Source: Candidatus Poribacteria bacterium (GTDB lineage Bacteria > Poribacteria > WGA-4E > WGA-3G). From it: a stretch of 64,000 nucleotides of DNA. Shown piece by piece: positions 19,045 to 27,457 of this stretch. Below the pieces are notes generated by a model. It searched no databases, was not told the origin of the DNA, and was given only the letters and a program-made list of their open reading frames with translations. Location: assembly GCA_022827625.1 (NCBI GenBank), contig JAJEIE010000027.1, forward strand, positions 174,827 to 238,826, read 5' to 3'. Position numbers and translations under genes: made by a program. Numbering within the stretch: the first letter of the stretch is position 1; every line of letters begins with the position of its first letter.

Positions 19045-19974
19045 CTATTTTTCTAAGTAAGCGATGAACGCATCCAATTCTGATGAGACGTTGTCGAATA
19101 CCGCGCGGACCCGTTTTGCGTTTTCTACCGTTTCTTTGAGGGACAGTTCAAAATGATAGACATGCTCAAACCTGTAGCGGAATTTTAAAAACGGTACCAG
19201 ATCTATAACACTTTTCTGAGAAATCAGAGGCGGACGCAATGGTCTCGCTTCTGCTATTTGTGCTAATAGATCTTTATGTGTGCCTCGCCCCCTCATGACA
19301 TCCATATCAATTTGTCGTGCGATACGCCGGAAAATGCTTTCCAACCGAGCATAGAAACGAAAAAGGTATAAGTCAAGTGTGGTTTTGCAAGCATCCTTGT
19401 ATTTGGTAGGTGCTGTGTCCATTTTTAGCAAAGTTTGTGTGATTTTTCTGACGATCTGTTCTATATCTGCGAGATTTGCGGTGATATGTTGACGGAATTT
19501 CCGCTTATGTGCTTCAGCGGTTAATTTGCTTCTCATCACAAAGTCAGACCGCCAGTGAAAATTCGCTTCCCCATTTTGAATGGGAATGGCTTGCCCCTGA
19601 ATCTGTTCGCGAAATCGTCCTTTCGCGCTATGAAAGTTGATGAGATCAATTTTGAACTCTCGGCTAAAGCCAACAGTTTCCCCTATGGCGCGAAAATACT
19701 TCTCGGATGGGATACCCCAGACAGCAATATCAATATCTGACCCTTTGGAGAACCAATCCCGCCCTGCGAGCGACCCGAACACAGCGACCTGCGTTGCGTC
19801 AAAATCTTCGTAAAGCATGACAGCAACTTGATATGCTGTTTTCCAAGCGCGTCGTAGCAGTGCTTCATCCACTTTCCGATTCTGGAAGTGCTGATCAAGT
19901 CGGCAGCGGTATTCCGCTAATTCTTCAGGCGATAAATCTTTTGCTGTGCGCTGAGTTTCTGAGGATTGAGGCAT
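19045..19974 (-). CDS. Fused minimal nucleotidyltransferase (MNT) + HEPN domain protein (single-chain HepT/MntA-like)
   Basis: N-terminal 'VAVFGSLAGRDWFSKGSDIDIAVW' is the GS...DxD nucleotidyltransferase motif. C-terminal 'FRYRFEHVY' resembles the HEPN Rx4HxY motif. Confidence 0.65.
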   Translation of the reverse strand: MPQSSETQRTAKDLSPEELAEYRCRLDQHFQNRKVDEALLRRAWKTAYQVAVMLYEDFDATQVAVFGSLAGRDWFSKGSDIDIAVWGIPSEKYFRAIGETVGFSREFKIDLINFHSAKGRFREQIQGQAIPIQNGEANFHWRSDFVMRSKLTAEAHKRKFRQHITANLADIEQIVRKITQTLLKMDTAPTKYKDACKTTLDLYLFRFYARLESIFRRIARQIDMDVMRGRGTHKDLLAQIAEARPLRPPLISQKSVIDLVPFLKFRYRFEHVYHFELSLKETVENAKRVRAVFDNVSSELDAFIAYLEK

Positions 19975-20022
19975 ATCCTAATCTCCTTAGAGAATAGGAT
20001 AGCATGAAATGGTTTGGCGTGC

Positions 20023-20063
20023 AATAAAAAAGAGACGGGATAGCCTTTCGGCTTTCCCGTCTC
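20023..20063 (-). terminator. Rho-independent terminator for the minus-strand HTH-S1 gene
   Basis: A 9-bp perfect stem GAGACGGGA...TCCCGTCTC with an inner AGCC-tttc-GGCT, followed on the minus strand by TTTTTTATT. Confidence 0.6.
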
Positions 20064-20129
20064 AATAATTTGTGTTTTCAGTGTGTCACAACCAGATGCT
20101 ATTGGAATGTGATTAACCGTCCACGCTTA

Positions 20130-21980
20130 TCAAAATCGCTTACCGGAGTCTACCACAGTAGAGAGATATAATGTTATTTGTTGTTTCTCAACATTAATAT
20201 CGGAGATGATTGTCTCAATTTCATCACCTTCCATCAGAGACTCTGGCGGAGACATCCGAATAAGACCGTTAATGCCCGGTTCAATCTCAACAAAAACACC
20301 GAAAGTGGTTACGTTTATGATGGGACCTGTAATCTTCGTGCCAACTGGATACTTTTGTTCCAGAAGTTTCCATGGATTTTGCTGCAAATATTTGTAACCT
20401 AACGAGATACGTTTGTCACTTTTTGAAACTTCAAGCACTACGGCGTTGATTTCATCATCTTGATTGAAGTTTGATGGAATTATGCCGTTTGGTTGCCACG
20501 ATAGCTCCGACTTATGAATCATTCCTGTAATACCTTCTTCAAGGTTAAGAAATACTCCATAATCTGTGATGCTGGTAACAATACCTGACACTACTGAACC
20601 AATTGGATATTTATCTTCAACATCACTGTCTTCCCACGGATTGGGCTTTAGCCTCAAATCAATACGCGTTTTCCCTTTTTCTGTTTCTTGATCTATATTG
20701 ATAATTTTGACTCTAACCTCGTCACCAATCGAAACTATATCCTCCGGCCTATTTATGAGTTTCCATGTCAATTCAGGGATACGGATTAATCCCTCAACCC
20801 CACCAAGATCTACAAATGCTCCAAAACGAGCGGTGCTTTTCACTTTTCCATTTACCCATTGTCCAACTTTAAGCCTGCTAAAAGCCTCTGATAGTTCTTG
20901 TGTAGGTTCGAATTTGGGTTGTTTATCGGACGTATCAGCAGTTTTTCTCTCGTCACTAGGTTCCGGAAAAGATCCTACCACTATGTTAGACATATCAGCG
21001 AGTTGTTCCTCGGCAATGATCTTCTCAGTTTCTATTATCGCTAACCGTTTTTCGCTTGCCACTAGTTGTTCCTCGAGCATGGTTACCTTTGTCTGTGCTG
21101 TCTCTAATTCATTTGACATCACCTCAAGGCGTTCCTCTCTGTTATCATAGGAAAGTTCATCGAGAATAGTTTTAACTTCATGTTTTTCATCTGACGCGTT
21201 GATTTTGTCGAGTACGTCAGATATATGAAATAACAGCTTTAGAGTAGTGTCACGTTTTGTGTCTTTTGTCCCTGGATGTGCCCAGTGAATTCTACCATCT
21301 TTTATCACTTCTGCTTCATTCCAGATTGCTTTTCTATTGTTAAATTTCTTAGAAAAGAAAGCGTTAGATTCCCAATATTTTCTGATAAAAGCTGGGAAAT
21401 TTTGAATATCTATTGCAGCTTCAATTTCGTTGTGGATCTCACGGGCAAGCTTTAGATCGTCAGGTGCCACTTCTTTAATTAAATCCTCTAGGGATCTGTT
21501 GTGATTCTTCTCCAGCGATTCAATGATGAATCTGCGCATAGCATCACGGTATATAGTGTATGCCTTATAAATTGCATCTCGGTTAGGATATTTTGTAGTA
21601 ATCATATTTAAAACCTCCATGTAGGCAAAGTTTTTATTGAAATGTTCTCTATTGAGTTTGGGTTTTCTGAGAATGGTTGATTGATCATTGACTATATTTT
21701 CGTTATTCATAATTTCCTCCGTTGCTAAGCTAAGAAGTATCTCAAGTGTTGTATGCAAAGCATCCGCGATGCTTTGCATCTGAAATATATCAGGAATCGC
21801 ATCACCTTTTTCAAACATAGCGATCCGCTGTTGCGTCACGCCAATTTCTTTCCCAAGTTCTGCTTGTGTCATACGCAACTGACGCCGCCGCTTTTTAATG
21901 TTCGATGCGACGTCCTCTATTTTTTTTTCGCTGACAATTTCTTTTGTTCTTGGCATTTGATTCCTTATTAATGTCCACAA
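20130..21980 (-). CDS. XRE-family HTH + helical (possible HEPN-like, 'RIHWAH') + coiled-coil + three S1 RNA-binding domains; unusual architecture
   Basis: N-terminal 'LRMTQAELGKEIGVTQQRIAMFEKG' is an HTH. Three S1-like units follow: 'GQWVNGKVKSTARFGAFVDLGG', 'GSVVSGIVTSITDYGVFLNL' and 'GTKITGPIINVTTFGVFVEI'. The gene is AT-rich relative to the flanking genes. Confidence 0.6.
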   Translation of the reverse strand: MWTLIRNQMPRTKEIVSEKKIEDVASNIKKRRRQLRMTQAELGKEIGVTQQRIAMFEKGDAIPDIFQMQSIADALHTTLEILLSLATEEIMNNENIVNDQSTILRKPKLNREHFNKNFAYMEVLNMITTKYPNRDAIYKAYTIYRDAMRRFIIESLEKNHNRSLEDLIKEVAPDDLKLAREIHNEIEAAIDIQNFPAFIRKYWESNAFFSKKFNNRKAIWNEAEVIKDGRIHWAHPGTKDTKRDTTLKLLFHISDVLDKINASDEKHEVKTILDELSYDNREERLEVMSNELETAQTKVTMLEEQLVASEKRLAIIETEKIIAEEQLADMSNIVVGSFPEPSDERKTADTSDKQPKFEPTQELSEAFSRLKVGQWVNGKVKSTARFGAFVDLGGVEGLIRIPELTWKLINRPEDIVSIGDEVRVKIINIDQETEKGKTRIDLRLKPNPWEDSDVEDKYPIGSVVSGIVTSITDYGVFLNLEEGITGMIHKSELSWQPNGIIPSNFNQDDEINAVVLEVSKSDKRISLGYKYLQQNPWKLLEQKYPVGTKITGPIINVTTFGVFVEIEPGINGLIRMSPPESLMEGDEIETIISDINVEKQQITLYLSTVVDSGKRF

Positions 21981-22063
21981 GCGGTTGGGATTCCCACTTG
22001 CGGATAGTGGTTTTATCCAATACTCAATATATTATACAACAATTAATTGTTTAATGCAAATTA

Positions 22064-22107
22064 AAAACGCAGTTTTTTGACGAACCTTCACCAAAAAATT
22101 GCGTTTT
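22064..22107 (-). promoter_or_regulatory. Near-perfect 15-bp inverted repeat (AAAACGCAGTTTTTT ... AAAAAATTGCGTTTT) in the AT-rich region upstream of the HTH-S1 gene
   Basis: Read directly from the sequence. It is a candidate operator for the HTH protein and/or a bidirectional terminator. Confidence 0.4.
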
Positions 22108-22288
22108 CTTTACAATTTTATTATTTTTTTAGTTTTCTGAGTTATAAATACACTAAAACTATGTAAAAAATCTCGCGCTTAATGGCATGATACGCGAACT
22201 AACAACTATTCCACCGGATCCAATCCCAACGACCGTAGTGAGTTCGAGGCGCGGATTTGAGGTGCCGTATGGAAAGATGGGTCTATGC

Positions 22289-22591
22289 TCATAGGGTAGA
22301 TAGCAACACTTTTTCAACCGCAATAGGCAGTTGGAGAGGATAAAAACGGCTAACTGTATATGCGTAATCTTTGCCGCTTTCATCTATAACGCGAATATAG
22401 CCGTGGGTCGTTGCTTCATCATCAGGAACGACACGATACACTTTCCCAACCTCAAGAGAGGCTGGATGTCCTTTGTTGTTAAGGCACAGGCCAAATTGAG
22501 GGAATTGGTTGTTTTTTGTGTCCATCTTTATGCTACTGCCGCGACTGATTGTTTCGATCTGCTTGATTTCTCCGATAATTTCAAAATCCAC
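22289..22591 (-). CDS. Small hypothetical protein (possibly SH3-like beta)
   Basis: A 100-aa ORF with the motif 'KVYRVVPDDEATTHGYIRVIDESGKDYAYTVSRF'. No family is assigned. Confidence 0.4.
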   Translation of the reverse strand: MDFEIIGEIKQIETISRGSSIKMDTKNNQFPQFGLCLNNKGHPASLEVGKVYRVVPDDEATTHGYIRVIDESGKDYAYTVSRFYPLQLPIAVEKVLLSTL

Positions 22592-22910
22592 TCTGACATA
22601 CCTTCCTAACCGATACTCAATTGTAGCATATCTCTAAAGATTTCTCAAATCAAAACCGATGGTGATTCAGAATTTCATAGTTTTCATAGTAACGTTCTGA
22701 AAATTGCGTCTTTAGAAGCCTCATAAAGTAAGGTGTGGTGTGGGTTTATAGGCAGTCTATGAAAGGGTTGTTTTTTGGGTGTTCCTATGAATCCGAATTT
22801 TTGGGTTCTGATAATTAGGCGTGAAAAGTCAATGGTGGCGTAGGTTTATAGGGTATTCGGATTTGTGGGGTTTTATTGTATCAAGCTACAAACAATAGTT
22901 TTCGACAGCC

Positions 22911-22965
22911 CGGGGAATGCCCATAAGGCATTCATACTCGGGGAAGTGCATAAGCACTTCATACC
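22911..22965 (+). repeat. Tandem direct repeat of about 27 nt, each unit containing a perfect 7-bp hairpin (GAATGCC-cataa-GGCATTC ; GAAGTGC-ataa-GCACTTC)
   Basis: Read directly from the sequence, inside a 600-bp non-coding region. Confidence 0.5.
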
Positions 22966-23102
22966 GTTGATTCTGATACGCCAAGAGCCAAAAAAATTTT
23001 ACGCTTTTCGCAAAATTATTTTTTTTACAACAGAAAAAATTGGGAATCAAACATCAACGAACCCTTACGGAGACTGGGTTCTCTAACGTTACACGCTGGA
23101 CA

Positions 23103-23130
23103 TAAAATGTTACACAAGTGTAACATTTTA
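23103..23130 (+). promoter_or_regulatory. 13-bp-arm palindrome TAAAATGTTACAC-aa-GTGTAACATTTTA, with an extra GTTACAC half-site at 23089; a candidate operator about 60 nt upstream of 23192
   Basis: Read directly from the sequence. Confidence 0.5.
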
Positions 23131-23191
23131 AGGGTAAATTGCTCAAAAATATACCGTTAAGTTAAAACCATATTCACGAAAGCACACCATA

Positions 23192-23428
23192 ATGAAAGCA
23201 TTTGAATGTGAATATTGCAGTGGCGAGATTCGCCAAAAGAAAGTTACCGTCGATCATTGGTATGAAGGCAAGTTGGTAATTATTAAAGATGTTCCCGTAG
23301 GGGTCTGCCAAGAGTGCGGTCAGCGATATTATGCAGCTGCAACACTGGATAGACTTGATATAATGGCACAGAATAGTGATGCTGCGCCGGAAAGAATGTC
23401 CGCCCCTGTCATGGTGATGGGGCCGTAA
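23192..23428 (+). CDS. YgiT/MqsA-type zinc-ribbon protein (antitoxin-like N-domain only)
   Basis: Has 'CEYCSGE...' and 'VCQECGQRYY', a CxxC...CxxC spacing characteristic of the YgiT-type zinc finger. Confidence 0.55.
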   Translation: MKAFECEYCSGEIRQKKVTVDHWYEGKLVIIKDVPVGVCQECGQRYYAAATLDRLDIMAQNSDAAPERMSAPVMVMGP

Positions 23429-23456
23429 TTATTAGTGCAGGAGAACAATACCTCTC

Positions 23457-25388
23457 TTAGGGCCAGAAGTTATACATCGGTTGCTGTGTCACAACACTGA
23501 TAAGGCTCCAGACACCACCTACCGTAAAATCACCTAACATCAAACCGATCGCAAACATCACCAACTGCTGCGAGGCACGGGGTCCTCCAATCTTCAGGAC
23601 GCTCCACTTGATAATCGAACTCACCAACATACAGCTCCACAGATACCGCATACCCCAATCGCTGGAGACAACGAACCCAATCGGATGGAACGGCCACCAG
23701 AAGAAACGCGCCCGCATAAACATCAAGAGGGTCGAAAAGAGCAAGCCAAACACAATGCCGCCAGTGGCATAGAAATTCGGCTCTGTCGGGTAATAGAGCC
23801 AGCCTTGGAGTCCGTTAAAGACACGTCCACCGAACCCTGTTGACCAACCGCTGCCCCCGCTCATATTCAACGCGCCATAAGTATAGAAGATATAAGCGAT
23901 AACCGCGAATACCATCACGGCGGCAAATGCTGAAACGCCTAATAGTGCGAAGAACAGTCGCCTCGGTGCGATGCCGGAACGTTCCGAGAGTTTGAAACCT
24001 TCTAACTGATGTGGCATCGGGTTGCTTGTGTAACTCCGATTGAACCACCGGTAGAGCGTCAAGGCAACGAGGTTGTTCGTCCCTAACATCCGTGTCCCGA
24101 AACCGTCAACGAGGATGTGATGGTTCGGCATATTTTCCATTGCATGCACTGGAAACCCTTGTTCCGCACGCATCCGTGTCAGCACCAAAACAATGATGAA
24201 ATAGATTGTGAAGAACAGCGGAATTAGCCAAAATGACATGCCGAGCCGTCTCGAAAAAATAAAGAGTATTGCCAATCCGCCGATGATGCCCCACAGCGCG
24301 TATCTATATGGAATCGGTTCGTCAGCGTCTTCGCCTGTGCCGCGACGCGCGATGCGGAGCACCCCACGAAAATGGCGTAGGTTCAGTACTAATACAGAGA
24401 TGAAAATCCCGATCGCCGCACCGAAGCACTGTCGATTGATGTATGGAAAACCGGGTAGGCTCGACAGGCCGACCGCACTCGTCATTACCAACTGCGCTTT
24501 GTAGAAGAAAAAGAAGAACCAACTGGAGAACGAAAGGTCTAACGGCATCAGGAGTCCAAGTCCGATGACGAATGGGTAATAGGACATACTGATACCCCCA
24601 ATAGCGTTCCACGGCTTTTCTGTGAACAGATGCCCGAACCCGCGCCAACCCCCGATCCGCTTGATGGGTAAGGTGGGAAGTGTCGGATACAAGAAACTGA
24701 GGCCATTGAGGATGGCTATAGACGCTGCAATTCCGAAACCGAGCCAGGTGATGCGGTGTGAGAACAGTGATTTTGTGTTATGCGTAACGTGAAAGGCGAT
24801 CTGCGTGATTGGATAGGCGAGGCGTTCGCGTTCGACCCACTGTTTCCGTAGAATGACGTTAATACACAACATCACGAGGACCAGAACCGTCATGAATCCC
24901 GCCCAGGAGAGCGTTGGCACTAACCATGCACCGAGAATCTCCATCGTGGAGAGGTTAGATTCACCTCTATAGTACCCCACCAAGACCTTCGGATCGTCTA
25001 CGAGGAGCCATCTCGGAAGATGGTCCCAGAACAGCTGCTTCCATTCATTTTCGGGAGTTGCGAACCAGAAAGCGTGCCCGACAGTTGTGACGAGGATCGT
25101 CATCAGCGTGATGGACGGGAAAGCGCACGCTGTGCTAAGTAAGATGTATATCGTGAGGAGTTCGGCGTCGGTGAATAAACGCCGACGAGCGGTGAAATTG
25201 AGGAGGGTAAAGGCAAATACGACGAAAACGACGTTGTAGAAGGGGACCGCGTACGTGTTCAGCGCGTAACCCACGAGTCCGACTTCGCCCGCGATGATCC
25301 AATAGAAATTAAACGGAATCAGCACGAGTGTAATGGCGATAGATTTCCATGTGACACCGTGTGATTTTGGGCGTTTATCTTCTCTCAT
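23457..25388 (-). CDS. Large polytopic integral membrane protein of unknown function (at least 12 predicted TM segments)
   Basis: Hydrophobic segments run throughout the 643 aa. Its start overlaps the stop of the upstream MNT-HEPN gene by 14 nt, indicating an operon. Confidence 0.6.
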   Translation of the reverse strand: MREDKRPKSHGVTWKSIAITLVLIPFNFYWIIAGEVGLVGYALNTYAVPFYNVVFVVFAFTLLNFTARRRLFTDAELLTIYILLSTACAFPSITLMTILVTTVGHAFWFATPENEWKQLFWDHLPRWLLVDDPKVLVGYYRGESNLSTMEILGAWLVPTLSWAGFMTVLVLVMLCINVILRKQWVERERLAYPITQIAFHVTHNTKSLFSHRITWLGFGIAASIAILNGLSFLYPTLPTLPIKRIGGWRGFGHLFTEKPWNAIGGISMSYYPFVIGLGLLMPLDLSFSSWFFFFFYKAQLVMTSAVGLSSLPGFPYINRQCFGAAIGIFISVLVLNLRHFRGVLRIARRGTGEDADEPIPYRYALWGIIGGLAILFIFSRRLGMSFWLIPLFFTIYFIIVLVLTRMRAEQGFPVHAMENMPNHHILVDGFGTRMLGTNNLVALTLYRWFNRSYTSNPMPHQLEGFKLSERSGIAPRRLFFALLGVSAFAAVMVFAVIAYIFYTYGALNMSGGSGWSTGFGGRVFNGLQGWLYYPTEPNFYATGGIVFGLLFSTLLMFMRARFFWWPFHPIGFVVSSDWGMRYLWSCMLVSSIIKWSVLKIGGPRASQQLVMFAIGLMLGDFTVGGVWSLISVVTQQPMYNFWP

Positions 25389-26319
25389 CTGACTCGTGGG
25401 TTTCGGCTAAAAAAGCGATAAACGTGTCTAATTCTTCAGAAACCGCTGTGAATAGTTCCGTGATTGACTTCGCATGTTCTTTGGCTTTTTCGTAAATCAA
25501 TTCAGTGCCATAGATGTTGTTAACCTTATGACGGAACCTGAGAAGTTGCCTTAATCTCTGCTGGGTCCCTTCGGAAATGACAGGTGGACGTTCTGGGCGA
25601 CCGTCTGTCATTTGTGCCAGCAAATCGGTATGCCACCGCTCACCCTGAGGCAAGTATTTATCAATTTCATTAGCAATCCGCTCGAAGATTCTTTCTATGC
25701 CGCTGTAGACCTCAGCGAGTTTTTTGGCAGTTAACTCTTCAAAAAATTTTCTGTGGTGAGGCGTGGCTACTTCAATTTCTTGCAAGAGTTCCATGATGCT
25801 TCCAATAGTCCGGTCTATTTTTGTACGTTCATCAGCGATACGTTGAATAAGTTCGTCACGATTCACTGTGTAAGCTTCTCCGTTTTCTATACCCGATGCG
25901 TTCACTAATGTGAGAATGTCCGTCCTCGCTTTATCAATAAGGATAGCTTGGCTTAGAATCCGCTCACGGAATAAACTGTTAATGGATTTAAAATTGATAA
26001 TATCTATCTTAAACTCAGAACTCAAGCCTTTTGTCTCCCAGAGCGCGTCCAGGCATTTGTTATATGAGACCCCCCAAACAACGATATCAATGTCTGAGTT
26101 TTGGGTGAACCGTTTCGGTTCAGTGAGGGATCCGAAGACGGCAACTTTCGTGGCGCCAAAGTCTCGATAAAGTACAGTGGCGAGACGACGCGCCGTCTTC
26201 CATGCGCGTTGGAGCAGCTCTTTATCGACCTGACGGTTTTCCCATTGGCGTTTGAGGTTTTCTCTGCATTTCGCGAGTTCTGATGGAGACATTCCACTCG
26301 TCGTGGTTTCGCGACGCAT
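25375..26319 (-). CDS. Fused nucleotidyltransferase + HEPN protein, a paralog of 19045-19974
   Basis: Has 'VAVFGSLTEPKRFTQNSDIDIVVW' and a C-terminal 'LRQLLRFRHKVNNIY'. The N-terminal 'LLQRAWKTA' is alignable with the paralog's 'LLRRAWKTA'. Confidence 0.65.
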   Translation of the reverse strand: MRRETTTSGMSPSELAKCRENLKRQWENRQVDKELLQRAWKTARRLATVLYRDFGATKVAVFGSLTEPKRFTQNSDIDIVVWGVSYNKCLDALWETKGLSSEFKIDIINFKSINSLFRERILSQAILIDKARTDILTLVNASGIENGEAYTVNRDELIQRIADERTKIDRTIGSIMELLQEIEVATPHHRKFFEELTAKKLAEVYSGIERIFERIANEIDKYLPQGERWHTDLLAQMTDGRPERPPVISEGTQQRLRQLLRFRHKVNNIYGTELIYEKAKEHAKSITELFTAVSEELDTFIAFLAETHESDERR

Positions 26320-26393
26320 ATTTAAGCCTCCGTGTTTCCTGACGTGATTCCGGTGCTGCTGAAACCGCGCCTACAGTTATCCAGAATTGATTG

Positions 26394-27380
26394 TTACGGC
26401 TGAATGGAGCCAGCATAGAGGTCGTTCAAAGCATCTTCGGGAAGCGGTTCAGGGCTGTTCTTGGCGAACTCAAGTGCTGCGTCGAGTTCATTTGAAAGCT
26501 CTGCCTCAAGTGCTGAGAGTTCCTCTTGGCTAACGCCTTCTTCTTCGGTGAGAACTTGAGCGAGTCGCCGGATCGGATCGCGTTTCCGTTCCTGTTCCTG
26601 AACCTCTTCGCGGTCACGGTAAGAGGTCCCTGGATCACCGATATGATGTCCTCGGAATCTATAGGTATCACAATTGAGAAGCGTGGGGCCGCCGCCGTCG
26701 CGGGCGCGCGTAACGGCTTCACCTGCTGCCGCATACACCTTAAGCACATCGTTTCCATCGACAGTGGCACCAGGCATATCATAAGCAGGGGCGCGGACGG
26801 CAGCGATATCTTCTACGCGTTGATGTTCCCGTTGGGGTGTTCCCATACCGAATCGGTTATTTTCACAAACGAAGATAGCAGGGAGTTCCCATACAGCGGC
26901 GAGATTGAGCGTCTCGTGGAAGACCCCTTGGTTCGTCGCACCGTCACCGAAGAAGGATACCGCGACTTGCTGCGTGCCGCGCAGTTTTGCAGAGAGAGCC
27001 GCACCCGCCGCCAGCGGAATACCAGCACCAACAACGCCGTTAGCACCGAGGATACCTGTTTCCTTATCGGCGATATGCATGGAGCCACCCTTGCCTTTAC
27101 AGTAGCCGGTCGTGCGAGCGAATAACTCTGCCATCATCCGATCCCGTTTACCACCCTTCGCGATGAGATGACCGTGTCCGCGATGGGTACTCGTGATGTA
27201 ATCGTCATCTTGCAAGTGGGCACAGACACCAACTGCCGTGGCTTCTTCACCGATATAGAGGTGGAGAAAGCCCGGAAGTTGACCGCTCTGATAAAGCGTT
27301 CCAGCGGCTTCTTCAAATTGACGGATTTCTATCATCTTGCGATACATAAAGAGCATCTGGTCTTTACTCGGTTTTGACAT
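26394..27380 (-). CDS. TPP-dependent 2-oxoacid (pyruvate/acetoin) dehydrogenase E1 alpha subunit
   Basis: Has 'GEEATAVG', 'TSTHRGHGH', 'GGSMH' and a TPP-binding motif 'GDGATNQG'. No E1-beta gene is adjacent. Confidence 0.8.
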   Translation of the reverse strand: MSKPSKDQMLFMYRKMIEIRQFEEAAGTLYQSGQLPGFLHLYIGEEATAVGVCAHLQDDDYITSTHRGHGHLIAKGGKRDRMMAELFARTTGYCKGKGGSMHIADKETGILGANGVVGAGIPLAAGAALSAKLRGTQQVAVSFFGDGATNQGVFHETLNLAAVWELPAIFVCENNRFGMGTPQREHQRVEDIAAVRAPAYDMPGATVDGNDVLKVYAAAGEAVTRARDGGGPTLLNCDTYRFRGHHIGDPGTSYRDREEVQEQERKRDPIRRLAQVLTEEEGVSQEELSALEAELSNELDAALEFAKNSPEPLPEDALNDLYAGSIQP

Positions 27381-27457
27381 AATTCCTTTCCCATTTTTGT
27401 AGTATTCAGTTGTCCGGCGATTTCCGAAGCCACCCGGTCACAACGCGCCACCTCAGT

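Noticed and set aside
22865-23086. 73-aa ORF in the 600-bp gap
   Set aside because: Its reading frame is produced by the tandem hairpin repeats, it has no RBS, and it has low-complexity features. It is treated as non-coding.
26426-27125. Antisense ORFs within the E1-alpha gene (26426-26782, 26526-27125 and others)
   Set aside because: They are opposite-strand shadows of a high-GC, well-supported CDS.
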